Source: Candidatus Fraserbacteria bacterium (GTDB taxonomy: Bacteria; Bipolaricaulota; Bipolaricaulia; RBG-16-55-9; JAJCYT01). Taken from it: a stretch of DNA of 64,000 bases. Position numbers and translations under genes: made by a program. The DNA lies in NCBI GenBank assembly GCA_029262795.1, contig JAJCYT010000026.1, forward strand, positions 50,273-114,272. Reading direction: 5' to 3'. Below are positions 48,246 through 59,350 of this stretch, piece after piece; position 1 is the first letter of the stretch, and each line of letters begins with the position of its first letter. The notes under the pieces are model-generated. The model was not told the origin of the DNA, ran no database searches, and saw only the letters and a list, made by a program, of their open reading frames with translations.

Positions 48246-49808
48246 ATGGAATGGAATATTTCTGGACAAGATTTCGTCACGTTCTCGCGCTTTGTGGGCG
48301 CAGCGTTGGCGATGGGGTTGGCGGCCATCGGCTCCGCAATGGGGATTGGTTTGGCTGCCACAGGCGCACTCAAAAGCATGGTGCGTCAGCCCGAACGGCA
48401 GGGTGAATTTGTCCGCACCATGTTCATCAGTCAGGCCGTGGCGGAATCGACCGCCATTTACGGTTTGGTTGTTGCCATGTTACTTCTGTTTACCACCGGT
48501 GGTGGACATACAGACGGCATTCACGGCTCAGACTGGGTGAACGGTCTTCGCTTTCTGGCAGCAGGGTTGACCATGGGACTGGGCGCTATCGGTGCCGGTT
48601 ACGGCATTGGGATTGCCGGTACACACGCCATCGAAGCGATTACACAACGTCCTGAAATGAGCGGTGTGTTTATGCGCACCATGTTCTTAGGCATGGCAAT
48701 CACAGAATCGCCAGCGATTTATGCGCTTGTGATTTCAATGATTCTCATTTTCGTGATGGGCGCACCAGATGCTGTTGGTGTCTTTAGCGGCAATATTATG
48801 GACATTGCCCGTTATGTGGGTGCTGGTTTGGCCATGGGCGCAGGTGCCATTGGGGCTGCCATCGGGATTGGGACTGCGGCTGCAAAGGCCTTGGTTGCCA
48901 TTGCCCGACAGCCAGCCAAGCAAGGGCCTTTGGTCCGCACGATGTTTTTGAGTATGGCGATTACGGAATCCCCAGCGATTTACGCATTGGTGGTTTCTTC
49001 AATTTTGATTTTTGTATTCACGCCAACCGATGCTGAAGCCGCAAGAATTTTTGGCGGCATGGATTTGGTGGCCATTGGGAAATATATGGGTGGGGCCATT
49101 GCCATTGGGTTTGGCACCATCGGGGCAGGGATTGGTTTGGGGATTGCCGGTGGCGGCGCCTTGGATGGCATTTCGCGCAATCCGCGGAAAGAATCTTCCC
49201 TGGTCCGCACGATGTTTCTGAGCATGGCCATCACGGAATCGCCTGCCATTTATGCGCTGGTGATTTCGCTGATTCTACTGTTTGTGTTCGCCGTGCCAGA
49301 CACCATGAGCTGGGCGCAGGGATGGGCTGAACTGGCCAAGTTGCTCGGTGGCGGCATTGCGATTGGCTTGGGCACCATTGGTGCTGGAGCCGGTGTGGGC
49401 ATTGCCGGATTGGGTGGTTTGATAGGGATTTCACGTCGGCCGCAAAAAGAAGGCGCGATGCTGCGCACCATGTTTATTGGCATGGGCGTGACAGAATCGC
49501 CCACCATTTATGCGTTGGTGGTTTCATTGATTTTGCTGTTTGTGGCCAGTTCGGATGTCAGCACCATGAGTCAGGGACTGCATGACTTTGCCCGCTTCTT
49601 GGGCGCAGGGTTTGCCATGGGAGCTGGGGCCATCGGCCCTGGTTTGGGGATTGGGTTGGCCACCAGAGATGCACTCACCAGTATGGCCAAACAGCCTGCA
49701 CATGAAGGTGCGCTGGTTCGCACGATGTTCCTGGGCATGGCCGTGACCGAATCCACAGCGATCTACGCGTTGGTGGTTTCTTTGATTTTGTTGTTCGCAG
49801 TTGGTTAA
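48246..49808 (+). CDS. atpE: F0 ATP synthase c subunit, a natural fusion of six tandem c-subunit hairpins in one polypeptide (about 520 aa)
   Basis: It is a single uninterrupted ORF with a GGAGG RBS. There are six repeats of about 87 aa. Each has a Gly-rich helix 1, an RQPE/RNPR loop, and RTMF...(A/T)ES(T/P)AIYALV...LILLF in helix 2 with the carboxylate Glu conserved. The repeats are diverged at synonymous sites. Confidence 0.8.
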   Translation: MEWNISGQDFVTFSRFVGAALAMGLAAIGSAMGIGLAATGALKSMVRQPERQGEFVRTMFISQAVAESTAIYGLVVAMLLLFTTGGGHTDGIHGSDWVNGLRFLAAGLTMGLGAIGAGYGIGIAGTHAIEAITQRPEMSGVFMRTMFLGMAITESPAIYALVISMILIFVMGAPDAVGVFSGNIMDIARYVGAGLAMGAGAIGAAIGIGTAAAKALVAIARQPAKQGPLVRTMFLSMAITESPAIYALVVSSILIFVFTPTDAEAARIFGGMDLVAIGKYMGGAIAIGFGTIGAGIGLGIAGGGALDGISRNPRKESSLVRTMFLSMAITESPAIYALVISLILLFVFAVPDTMSWAQGWAELAKLLGGGIAIGLGTIGAGAGVGIAGLGGLIGISRRPQKEGAMLRTMFIGMGVTESPTIYALVVSLILLFVASSDVSTMSQGLHDFARFLGAGFAMGAGAIGPGLGIGLATRDALTSMAKQPAHEGALVRTMFLGMAVTESTAIYALVVSLILLFAVG

Positions 49809-49866
49809 GGATTTTTAAACTTAAAATTTTTGAAATTACGTGTTGCTCAATTGAAGGAGGACACAC

Positions 49867-50154
49867 ATGGAAGTGTTGAACTTATTCTTGCAAGCAGGAC
49901 AAGGCATTACGGGCGAAGATTTGGTTACGGCTGCCCGTTACTTAGGTGCAGGCATGGCTATGGGTTTTGGCGCTATCGGCCCTGGCATCGGTGAAGGTAT
50001 GGCTGCAGGTGCTGCGTTGCAGGGGATTGCCGCCAACCCAAAAGAACAGGGTGCTTTGGTTCGTACCATGTTCATCGGCCAGGCTGTGGCAGAATCCACC
50101 GGCATTTACGCATTGGTGATCGCCATTATCTTGTTGTTCGTGATGGGCAACTAA
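49867..50154 (+). CDS. atpE: F0 ATP synthase c subunit (conventional monomer, Na+-type-like ESTGIY motif)
   Basis: The 95-aa protein has a GGAGG RBS. Its sequence is GFGAIGPGIGEGMAAG...ANPKEQGALVRTMFIGQAVAESTGIYALVIAIILLF. Confidence 0.85.
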   Translation: MEVLNLFLQAGQGITGEDLVTAARYLGAGMAMGFGAIGPGIGEGMAAGAALQGIAANPKEQGALVRTMFIGQAVAESTGIYALVIAIILLFVMGN

Positions 50155-50185
50155 AAACCGTCGCATCTAGGGCGGGAGGCGTTTA

Positions 50186-50653
50186 ATGTTTGGAATTGAA
50201 TTAAGTAATTTTGGCTTCGTATGGGAAACGATTGTTACAAACATCAACTTTGCGTTTTTTGTCAATTTGCTTCAGTTTTTCTTGCTGGTGTTTATCATGA
50301 ATCGTTTGATCTACAGACCGCTACTAAAGTTCATGGATGCCCGCGATCAACGCTTGAATGATCAAATGGCAGCTGCTGAACAACAGCGCAGCAGTGCTGA
50401 AGCACTACGCAGCCAGCGTGAAGGTGAACTTCAGGAAGCCAGCCTTCAGGCGCGTAAAACACTGGAAGTTGCCCGTAATGAAGCTGCCGATACGCGTCGC
50501 CAAATGCAAGCCGAAGCTGAAGCCGAGGGTCGTCGCTTGATTGAAGCTGCACGCTCGCAAGCTGAAAGTGAGTTGGTGTCGGTGCGTACAGAACTCGAAG
50601 GTCAAGTGGACCGCTTGGCAGGCGTTGCCGCGGCCCACGTGCTGGGAAAATAA
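50186..50653 (+). CDS. atpF: F0 ATP synthase subunit b'
   Basis: It has an N-terminal TM helix and then a long charged alpha-helix. It is the first of two b-type genes. Confidence 0.7.
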   Translation: MFGIELSNFGFVWETIVTNINFAFFVNLLQFFLLVFIMNRLIYRPLLKFMDARDQRLNDQMAAAEQQRSSAEALRSQREGELQEASLQARKTLEVARNEAADTRRQMQAEAEAEGRRLIEAARSQAESELVSVRTELEGQVDRLAGVAAAHVLGK

Positions 50654-50662
50654 GGAGGCATC

Positions 50663-51178
50663 GTGGATTTCCTAAATCAAGACGTATTGTGGGATTTCTT
50701 TTGGCGAGTGGTCAATGCGGTGATCCTCTTTGGTTTGGTTGTTTATTTTGTGCGTAAGTATGATGTCATCAACAAGGTGTTTGGTGGCTATCAGGAAAAA
50801 ATTCAGCGTGAAATTGACAATGCCAAAAATGTGGAAGAAGATGCTGCTCGCATCAAGCGTGAGATCGATCAGATGTCCGAACAGGCTGAAGTGCGCTCCC
50901 AAGAAATTGTAGAAAAAGCCAAAGAGCAGGCCCAACGCGAAAAAGAAGCTTTGATTGAAGACGCTAAATCCAGCGCTGAACGTATTTTGACTCAAGCTCG
51001 CCAGACGGCTGACTATGAACAGGAGCGACAATCGAAATTGTTACAAAATGAAATTGTCGAACGCACACTTGAAAAAGCACGTGAAGAAGTGGCTGCAAAA
51101 ATCACCAAAAAGGAAAACGACCGCTTGGTGAATGAATTTTTGGATAGTCTCAATGAAGAGAGCGTGAAGTTATCATGA
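50663..51178 (+). CDS. atpF: F0 ATP synthase subunit b
   Basis: It has an N-terminal TM helix (VVNAVILFGLVVYFV) and then a charged helix. Confidence 0.75.
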   Translation: MDFLNQDVLWDFFWRVVNAVILFGLVVYFVRKYDVINKVFGGYQEKIQREIDNAKNVEEDAARIKREIDQMSEQAEVRSQEIVEKAKEQAQREKEALIEDAKSSAERILTQARQTADYEQERQSKLLQNEIVERTLEKAREEVAAKITKKENDRLVNEFLDSLNEESVKLS

Positions 51179-51717
51179 AACAAAAACACGTGGCTCAAAA
51201 TTATGCAGCAGGGTTGTTCCATGCCAGTCAGGCCAACAACAGCACTGATGCTGTGGAAGCCGATTTGGGAAAACTGGCCAGTGCAGCTGCTGAAACCAAC
51301 TTGAGTGTGTTGTTGTCCAATCCTCAGGTGGATAAAAAAGACAAACACGCCCTTGTTGATAAGATGCTTAAAAATGGACATCCATACGTGGGCAACCTTG
51401 TCCATATCCTGGTTGAACGCAATCGCGGCAGATACTTGCCCGACATTTATCAACACTTCATGAAAATTCGCGATCAAGAGTCTGACAGTCTCCATGTGAC
51501 GGTGGAAACCGCCTTTGAGCTGACCAAGACGATTCAGGACAAAATTTCCAAACGCCTCAACGAATTGACGGGCAGAGACATCCGCCTGTCCATTGTGGAA
51601 GATGTCACCATCGTTGGTGGGATTCGTTTGAAATTACAAGACAATTTAATTGATGGGTCCGTGCTGGCCCAAATGGATGGGTTGCGCCAACAGTTGTTGG
51701 GCAGCAGTGCCAATTAA
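51175..51717 (+). CDS. atpH: F1 ATP synthase subunit delta (OSCP)
   Basis: The protein is 180 aa. Its position and OSCP-like helical N-domain support the call. It overlaps atpF by 4 nt. Confidence 0.75.
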   Translation: MKQKHVAQNYAAGLFHASQANNSTDAVEADLGKLASAAAETNLSVLLSNPQVDKKDKHALVDKMLKNGHPYVGNLVHILVERNRGRYLPDIYQHFMKIRDQESDSLHVTVETAFELTKTIQDKISKRLNELTGRDIRLSIVEDVTIVGGIRLKLQDNLIDGSVLAQMDGLRQQLLGSSAN

Positions 51718-51758
51718 ACGAAACTAAAAACTTATTGATGATTTAGACGAGGAGGACC

Positions 51759-53282
51759 ATGGCTAAGGCAGGGATTAGCGCTGGCGAAATTAGCAATTTA
51801 ATTGAACAGCGCATCAAAGATTATGGCAAAGAATTACAGATGGAAGAACAGGGTGTTGTCGTCGAAGTTGGGGACGGCATCGCTCAGGTTTATGGTTTGC
51901 AAAACGCCATGTCTCTGGAATTGATTGAGTTTCCAAACGACGTGCAAGGCCTGGTGCTCAACCTGGAAGAAGACAGTGTGGGCGTCGCCTTGTTCGGTAA
52001 CACCGAACTGGTAAAAGAAGGCGACACCGTCAAGCGCACCGGTCGTGTGTTGGAAACCCCAGTTGGCCCTGAATTGCTGGGTCGCGTGGTGGATCCCCTA
52101 GGGAATCCAAAAGACGGCCAAGGGCCGATTAACGCCAAAGAAACCCGTTTGGTGGAAACCAAGGCTGAAGGCATCATTCAGCGTCAGCCTGTGGACACCC
52201 CACTGCAAACGGGGATCAAAGCCATTGACGCCCTCACACCCATTGGTCGTGGTCAGCGCCAGCTCATCATTGGCGACCGTCAAACGGGGAAAACCACGAT
52301 TGCGGTGGACGCCATTTTGAACCAAAAAGATACCGGCGTAAAATGTATTTATGTTGCGATAGGCCAGAAGGCTTCCACCGTTGCCAAGACCATCGAACTG
52401 TTTCGTCAGAGTGGCGCGATGGATTACACTGTTGTCGTCTCCGCCGAAGCTTCCGACCCTGCACCATTGCAGTGGTTGGCCCCTTACTCGGGTTGTGCAA
52501 TCGGTGAATATTTTATGTTCAAAGGGGAAGACGCCCTGGTGGTCTACGATGACCTTTCCAAACAGGCTGTGGCCTACCGCCAATTGGCTTTGTTGCTGCG
52601 TCGCCCTCCGGGCCGCGAAGCGTATCCTGGTGATGTGTTTTATTCTCACTCACGCTTGCTGGAACGCGCCGCCCGCCTGAATGACAATCTGGGTGGTGGC
52701 AGCTTGACCGCCCTGCCGATTATTGAAACCAAGGCCGGAGATGTATCCGCTTACATTCCAACCAACGTGATTTCGATCACCGATGGTCAGATCTTCCTGG
52801 AATCGGATCTTTTTAACTCCGGTTTTCGTCCTGCCATGAACGTGGGTGTGTCTGTATCCCGCGTGGGTGGGGCCGCGCAACAAAAGGCGATCCGTACCAT
52901 GGCTGGTCCGTTGCGTCTGGAATTGTCCCAGTACCGTGCATTGGAAGCATTTGTGGAATTTGCATCCGAATTGGACGATGCCTCTCGTGCCCAGTTGGAT
53001 CGCGGTCAGCGCATGATGGAATTGCTAAAGCAGGACCAGCACGAACTGCGCTCTGTGGCTGAACAGACCATTGCCATTTACGCAGGTGTGAACGGCTATC
53101 TGGATGGCATCGAAGCGAGCCAGGTGCGTGAGTTCGAACGTGGCTTGCTGGACACCATCCACGCACAATATGCCGACAGCATCCTTAAACCCATCATGGA
53201 CACAGGCAAGCTGGAAGATGCGGTTGTGGAGAAAATTAAAGAAGCCATCGAATCCTTTGCACAAGGATTTGGGTCGAACTAA
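51759..53282 (+). CDS. atpA: F1 ATP synthase subunit alpha
   Basis: GDRQTGKT is the Walker A motif. The protein is 507 aa. Confidence 0.92.
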   Translation: MAKAGISAGEISNLIEQRIKDYGKELQMEEQGVVVEVGDGIAQVYGLQNAMSLELIEFPNDVQGLVLNLEEDSVGVALFGNTELVKEGDTVKRTGRVLETPVGPELLGRVVDPLGNPKDGQGPINAKETRLVETKAEGIIQRQPVDTPLQTGIKAIDALTPIGRGQRQLIIGDRQTGKTTIAVDAILNQKDTGVKCIYVAIGQKASTVAKTIELFRQSGAMDYTVVVSAEASDPAPLQWLAPYSGCAIGEYFMFKGEDALVVYDDLSKQAVAYRQLALLLRRPPGREAYPGDVFYSHSRLLERAARLNDNLGGGSLTALPIIETKAGDVSAYIPTNVISITDGQIFLESDLFNSGFRPAMNVGVSVSRVGGAAQQKAIRTMAGPLRLELSQYRALEAFVEFASELDDASRAQLDRGQRMMELLKQDQHELRSVAEQTIAIYAGVNGYLDGIEASQVREFERGLLDTIHAQYADSILKPIMDTGKLEDAVVEKIKEAIESFAQGFGSN

Positions 53283-53294
53283 GCGGGGCAACTT

Positions 53295-54152
53295 ATGGCA
53301 AAGGTAAAAGAAATTAAGCGCCACATTACCAGTGTGAGCAAGATCCAGAAGATCACCAAGGCCATGTACGCCATTTCGATGACGCGTGCCTTTAAGTCCA
53401 GGCAACAATTGCTCCAGGCACGTGAATACAGCGATGCTCTGGTGGGCATGATGCAAGGCGTGATCAACGATGTGGATGAAGAACACCCACTTCGAAAAGG
53501 GTCTGAAGACGGCCATTATATCTTTGCCGTCAACTCCGACCGTGGCTTGTGTGGACGATTTAAAGGCGACATCAACCGCGCTGCCGAGCAACTGCTGAAA
53601 GAAAAGAACAACCCCAGCCTGATTATCGGTGGGGACAAGGCAAACCTCCACTTTCGCAGTCGCTCTTACAAAATTGAGAGCAAATATATCAACGTATACG
53701 ACAAGCCCGAATTTGAACATGCACGCCAGATCGGTGAGGACCTGATCGCTTTGTACGAAGAAACACAGATGCCCATTCACGTGGTGTACATGAAATACAT
53801 CACAGATTTCAAACAAGAAATTGATGTGCAAACACTCCTGCCACTCACCGTACCGGAGCCTGAAAATGTTCAAAATTCTGAGCAGGCGGCCGAAACAATT
53901 TATGAACCTTCCAAAGAAGAAGTGTTTGAATCCATTGTGCCGTTGTACGTGAAGGGCCAGATTTACCGATTGTTGCTGGAAAGCAAAACCAGCGAACATG
54001 CCATTCGTCGTCAGTCCATGCGCAATGCCACGGACAACGCCGAACAATTGATTGACGACCTTACATTGGAATACAACAAGGCCCGCCAGCAGGAAATCAC
54101 CAGCCAGTTGCTTGACATCATGGGTGGTGCTGAAGCGCTTAATAATATGTAA
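53295..54152 (+). CDS. atpG: F1 ATP synthase subunit gamma
   Basis: The protein is 285 aa. MAKVKEIKRHITSVSKIQKITKAM is the gamma N-terminus. Confidence 0.88.
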   Translation: MAKVKEIKRHITSVSKIQKITKAMYAISMTRAFKSRQQLLQAREYSDALVGMMQGVINDVDEEHPLRKGSEDGHYIFAVNSDRGLCGRFKGDINRAAEQLLKEKNNPSLIIGGDKANLHFRSRSYKIESKYINVYDKPEFEHARQIGEDLIALYEETQMPIHVVYMKYITDFKQEIDVQTLLPLTVPEPENVQNSEQAAETIYEPSKEEVFESIVPLYVKGQIYRLLLESKTSEHAIRRQSMRNATDNAEQLIDDLTLEYNKARQQEITSQLLDIMGGAEALNNM

Positions 54153-54166
54153 ACGAAAGGTTTTAA

Positions 54167-55615
<1,449 letters not shown>

Positions 55616-55646
55616 TACCAGCTTCACTTCAATTAAACACGAAGAA

Positions 55647-55677
55647 GGGCGTACCTTTTACGGTGCGCCCTTTTTTT
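55647..55677 (+). terminator. Rho-independent terminator of the ATP synthase operon
   Basis: GGGCGTACC-ttttac-GGTGCGCCC is followed by TTTTTTT. Confidence 0.8.
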
Positions 55678-55712
55678 ATAAGAAGAATTTAAAAGTAAAG
55701 AAAAAATGGTTA

Positions 55713-55812
55713 AGGGCTCTAATCTCCCAACCCTCTTTACATAAAGAGGGCTACGATTTGGACTGCGGATGTTGATCCTAAATGACGGTGTGGTTTTCTT
55801 TTCGGGGAGAGG
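55713..55812. repeat. REP/MITE-like repeat, full-length forward copy
   Basis: TAATCTCCCAACCCTCTTTACATAAAGAGGGCTACGATTTGGACTGCGGATGTTG...TTTTCGGGGAGAGG. Confidence 0.75.
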
Positions 55813-55817
55813 ATGGA

Positions 55818-56429
55818 ATGAAAATGGCTTATAAAAAGGAATTGAAATATCTTACGGATGCTGATCCCAAGCTAGGCGAGCTTATCAAAATTAAAGGGCG
55901 CTGTACTTTAGAGCCAGATAACTCAAATCCCTTTGAATCATTATGTCGCTCAATTATTTATCAGCAATTAAGTGGCAAGGCGGCAGGCACCATTAATGGT
56001 CGATTCAAAGCACTCTATCGAGGCAAAAATCCATCTCCAAAACAGCTTTTAAAAACAGAAGATGACACCATCCGCAGCGTTGGTCTTTCTAGAAACAAGA
56101 TGTTGGCATTGCAAGATTTGTCACAAAAAAGTGTCGACAAATCACTTAATTTCAAAGCATTGCCTGACATGGATAATGAAGAAGTGATCCAACACCTCAT
56201 CCAGGTTCGGGGCATCGGACGCTGGACTGCTGAAATGTTTTTGATGTTCACACTAGGAAGAATGGATGTGTTTTCAACGGGCGACCTTGGCTTACAAAAA
56301 GCGATCCAACAACTCTATGGCTACAAAAAACTTCCCGCCGAACGAACGTTACACAAACACGCAAACAAATGGAAACCCTATCGAACCATCGCTTGCTGGT
56401 ATCTATGGCGTTTGGTCGACGATGAATAA
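55818..56429 (+). CDS. DNA-3-methyladenine glycosylase II (HhH-GPD superfamily)
   Basis: The helix-hairpin-helix is VRGIGRWTAEMFLMF. The catalytic Asp region is GDLGLQKA. Confidence 0.75.
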   Translation: MKMAYKKELKYLTDADPKLGELIKIKGRCTLEPDNSNPFESLCRSIIYQQLSGKAAGTINGRFKALYRGKNPSPKQLLKTEDDTIRSVGLSRNKMLALQDLSQKSVDKSLNFKALPDMDNEEVIQHLIQVRGIGRWTAEMFLMFTLGRMDVFSTGDLGLQKAIQQLYGYKKLPAERTLHKHANKWKPYRTIACWYLWRLVDDE

Positions 56430-56607
56430 AATTTCAATTAAAAATTTGATAAGAAAAACGATACGAAATTCAGAACCAATTTACACAGACAAGTCATGCC
56501 CCTTAATGTTAAGGGGGGTGGGGGATGAGTGCTTTAATTATGTCCCTATTTAGTTCTATAATAAAAATAAAATCTCAAGTAAATAGAAATTCCCTCAAGG
56601 AGGCGTT

Positions 56608-57756
56608 GTGGATTTTGAATTGACCTCGGAACAAAAGCTGATTAAAAAAACCGCCCGTTCGTTTGCTGAGGAGGTCATCCGTCCCAAAGCAAAAGAGTAC
56701 GATGAAAACTGCACTTATCCATATGATGTGATTGAAGAAGCGAAAAATCTGGATCTGATTGCTCCAGGCATTCCTACCGAATACGGTGGCGGCGGTCTTG
56801 ATTTTCTCACTGCCATGCTGGTTATCGAAGAAATGTTTTGGGGTGATCCGGGCATCGGTCAATCCTTGACTGCCAGAGGCTTTGGCTTGGATATCATTCT
56901 ACGTTATGGGACTGAGGAACAGAAGCAAAAATATATCCCGCCCGTTGCCAAAGGTGATTGGTGTTGTGGTAGTGCCATCACCGAGCCTGAAGCTGGCTCC
57001 GATGTTGCCAGTATGAAAACACGCGCTGAACGAGATGGTGACGATTTTGTGATCAATGGTTCCAAAATGTTTATCACCAATGGTACAGTGGCTGATTTCA
57101 TCATCGTGTTTACACGCACGGACACCAACCCACCAGAGCGCCACGGAGGCATTACTGCCTTCATCGTAGAAACAGATCGAGAAGGATTTACCGCAGAAGC
57201 CATGCACAACAAGATGGGCATTCGCGCTTCTGATCTTGCAGCACTCACGTTTGAAAATATGCGTGTGCCTGCTGAGAACATCGTGGGACAGGAAGGCATG
57301 GCGTTTTACCACTTGATGACGTTCTTCGCCAGTGGCCGAACCGCAGTGGCTGCTCAGGCTTTAGGATTGGCTCAAGGAGCTTTTGATGAAGCCTTTAAAT
57401 ATGCTCAGGAGCGTCAGCAGTTTGGGCGACCTATTGTGGATTTTCAGGCTGTTCAGTTCAAATTGGCTGACATGGCTACGGAAATTGAAGCTGCACGTGG
57501 TCTGGTTTATCGTGCTGCCTCAGAAATCACAAAAGGCGGCAATCCAGCCCGTGAAGCTTCAATGGCCAAACTCTTCGCCAGCCGTGTAGGGCGAGAGGTT
57601 GCCAATGAAGCACTGCAGATTCACGGCGGGTATGGCTTCATCAAAGAATATCATGTGGAGCGTTTTTATCGTGATGCAAAAATTATGGAGCTGTACGAAG
57701 GTACGTCGGAAATTCAACGCATCATCATTGCCCGTTCGTTGCTGGGCAAAATCTGA
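56608..57756 (+). CDS. Acyl-CoA dehydrogenase
   Basis: The protein is 382 aa. ACAD N-terminal, middle and C-terminal domain motifs are present (TEPEAGSD, FITNG, IHGGYG...YRDAKI). The start is GTG with an AAGGAGG RBS. Confidence 0.85.
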   Translation: MDFELTSEQKLIKKTARSFAEEVIRPKAKEYDENCTYPYDVIEEAKNLDLIAPGIPTEYGGGGLDFLTAMLVIEEMFWGDPGIGQSLTARGFGLDIILRYGTEEQKQKYIPPVAKGDWCCGSAITEPEAGSDVASMKTRAERDGDDFVINGSKMFITNGTVADFIIVFTRTDTNPPERHGGITAFIVETDREGFTAEAMHNKMGIRASDLAALTFENMRVPAENIVGQEGMAFYHLMTFFASGRTAVAAQALGLAQGAFDEAFKYAQERQQFGRPIVDFQAVQFKLADMATEIEAARGLVYRAASEITKGGNPAREASMAKLFASRVGREVANEALQIHGGYGFIKEYHVERFYRDAKIMELYEGTSEIQRIIIARSLLGKI

Positions 57757-57817
57757 GATTTAACATTTACTCAGGGAGATTGCTTTGTTTGGCAATCTCC
57801 CTGATTTCTTTCCATTT

Positions 57818-58897
57818 ATGAAACCCCTCAAAGGCAAGCGAATTATAGATTTTACCCACTGGCTGCCAGGGCCGTATGCGACAATGTTGTTACAAGAACT
57901 TGGTGCAGAGGTCATCAAAATCGAGCCACCTCAAGGCGATCCGATGCGAGTGATGCCGCCTCTATTGGAAGATGGCACCAGTGCCAGATTTATATTGCTC
58001 AATCAGGGCAAGAAAAGCGTTTGCCTCAATTTAAAAGATGCGAAACAACAACAAGTCTGTTTGCGGTTAATGGCCTCTGCTGACGCTGTGATTGATGGCT
58101 TCCGCCCTGGCGTGGTTCAGAGGCTTGGCGTCGATTACGAAGCCGTTAAAACGCTAAAACCAGACATTGTTTATGCCTCGCTCACAGGATATGGTCAGGA
58201 TGGTCCGTATCGGGATCATGTGGGCCACGATCTTAACTATGCTGGCGTGGCTGGCATCTTGAGCATGACGGGCTTGAAGCAACCCACGATTCCAGGGGTA
58301 CAGATTGCAGATTTGGCCGGAGCTATGTGCACAGCATTTGGTGTGCTGGCAGCGTTGTGGGAGGCTGAAAAAACAGGCCAAGGCCGATATTTGGACGTGT
58401 CGATGACAGACAGTGCTTTTCACATGATGGCCCTTCACTTGGCTGAGTTTTCTGCAACAGGAGAGGCACCAAACCCCAATGCCATGTCACTCACGGGGGC
58501 GTATCCCTGCTACAATCTTTATGAAACCCAGGATGGAAAATGGCTGACGATCACCTGTATCGAATCAAAATTCTGGGTGGCGTTGTGTGAGCGATTGGAA
58601 CATCCAGAATTTATTCCACACCAATTTGACGAAGGCGAACAACGCGAACAGATGTTCAAAACATTTCGTGAAACCTTTCTATCGAAACCACGACTTCACT
58701 GGCTCGAAACACTTGATCCAACAGTGGTTCCTATTGCTCCTGCAAACGATGTTGCAACAGCCATCAATGATCCACAAATGAAGCAGCGTGGTCTGTTTCA
58801 AAATGCAAAACTCACTTCGCCGATTGCTGATAAAAATGATAAAACATCAGGTAAGGCACCCCAACTTGGGGAGCACAATGAAGCATTTATTTCATGA
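57818..58897 (+). CDS. Family III CoA-transferase (CaiB/BaiF family)
   Basis: PLKGKRIIDFTHWLPGPYATMLLQELGAEVIKIE is the CaiB N-terminus. The catalytic Asp region is present. Confidence 0.8.
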   Translation: MKPLKGKRIIDFTHWLPGPYATMLLQELGAEVIKIEPPQGDPMRVMPPLLEDGTSARFILLNQGKKSVCLNLKDAKQQQVCLRLMASADAVIDGFRPGVVQRLGVDYEAVKTLKPDIVYASLTGYGQDGPYRDHVGHDLNYAGVAGILSMTGLKQPTIPGVQIADLAGAMCTAFGVLAALWEAEKTGQGRYLDVSMTDSAFHMMALHLAEFSATGEAPNPNAMSLTGAYPCYNLYETQDGKWLTITCIESKFWVALCERLEHPEFIPHQFDEGEQREQMFKTFRETFLSKPRLHWLETLDPTVVPIAPANDVATAINDPQMKQRGLFQNAKLTSPIADKNDKTSGKAPQLGEHNEAFIS

Positions 58898-58919
58898 CAT
58901 CATTCGGAGATGAGGGGAC

Positions 58920-59294
58920 ATGACAAAAGAATTTATAGGTGTTTGGAAATTGCTCTCTTGGGAGTCTCGAAGAGGAGAACAAGTGACGCATCGCTGGGGC
59001 AAAGATGTAATGGGATATTTAATTTATCACGAAGATGGTTATATGGCTGTTTCAATCATGAAGGCAGATCGATTGCCGTTTGATGCAAAGAGCCCTTTAG
59101 ATGGCAGCGATGAAGAAAAGCAGAGTATTGCCGAAACATTTATCGCTTACAGCGGAACATTCTCAGTTAAAGAAAACCAGGTTTTTCATCATGTGCTCAC
59201 CAGCTCATTTCCAAATTGGATTGGCAGTGACCAAAAAAGATGGTTTGAGTTTAAAGACAAACATTTGATCTCAGCACAGACCCTGGTTTGGTGA
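58920..59294 (+). CDS. Lipocalin-like domain protein
   Basis: GVWKLLSWESRR...GYLIYHEDGYMAVSI resembles the bacterial lipocalin-like domain. Confidence 0.55.
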   Translation: MTKEFIGVWKLLSWESRRGEQVTHRWGKDVMGYLIYHEDGYMAVSIMKADRLPFDAKSPLDGSDEEKQSIAETFIAYSGTFSVKENQVFHHVLTSSFPNWIGSDQKRWFEFKDKHLISAQTLVW

Positions 59295-59350
59295 GTGATC
59301 ATCAGCAAACAGAACATCTTGTTTGGGAGCGTGTGGTTGCAGACTAAGTT

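Noticed and set aside
48246-49808. Possibility that the six-fold c-subunit repeat is an assembly artefact
   Set aside because: The six DNA repeats are clearly non-identical and differ at many synonymous sites, and the linkers differ. An assembly artefact would produce near-identical copies. I still flag read-level verification.
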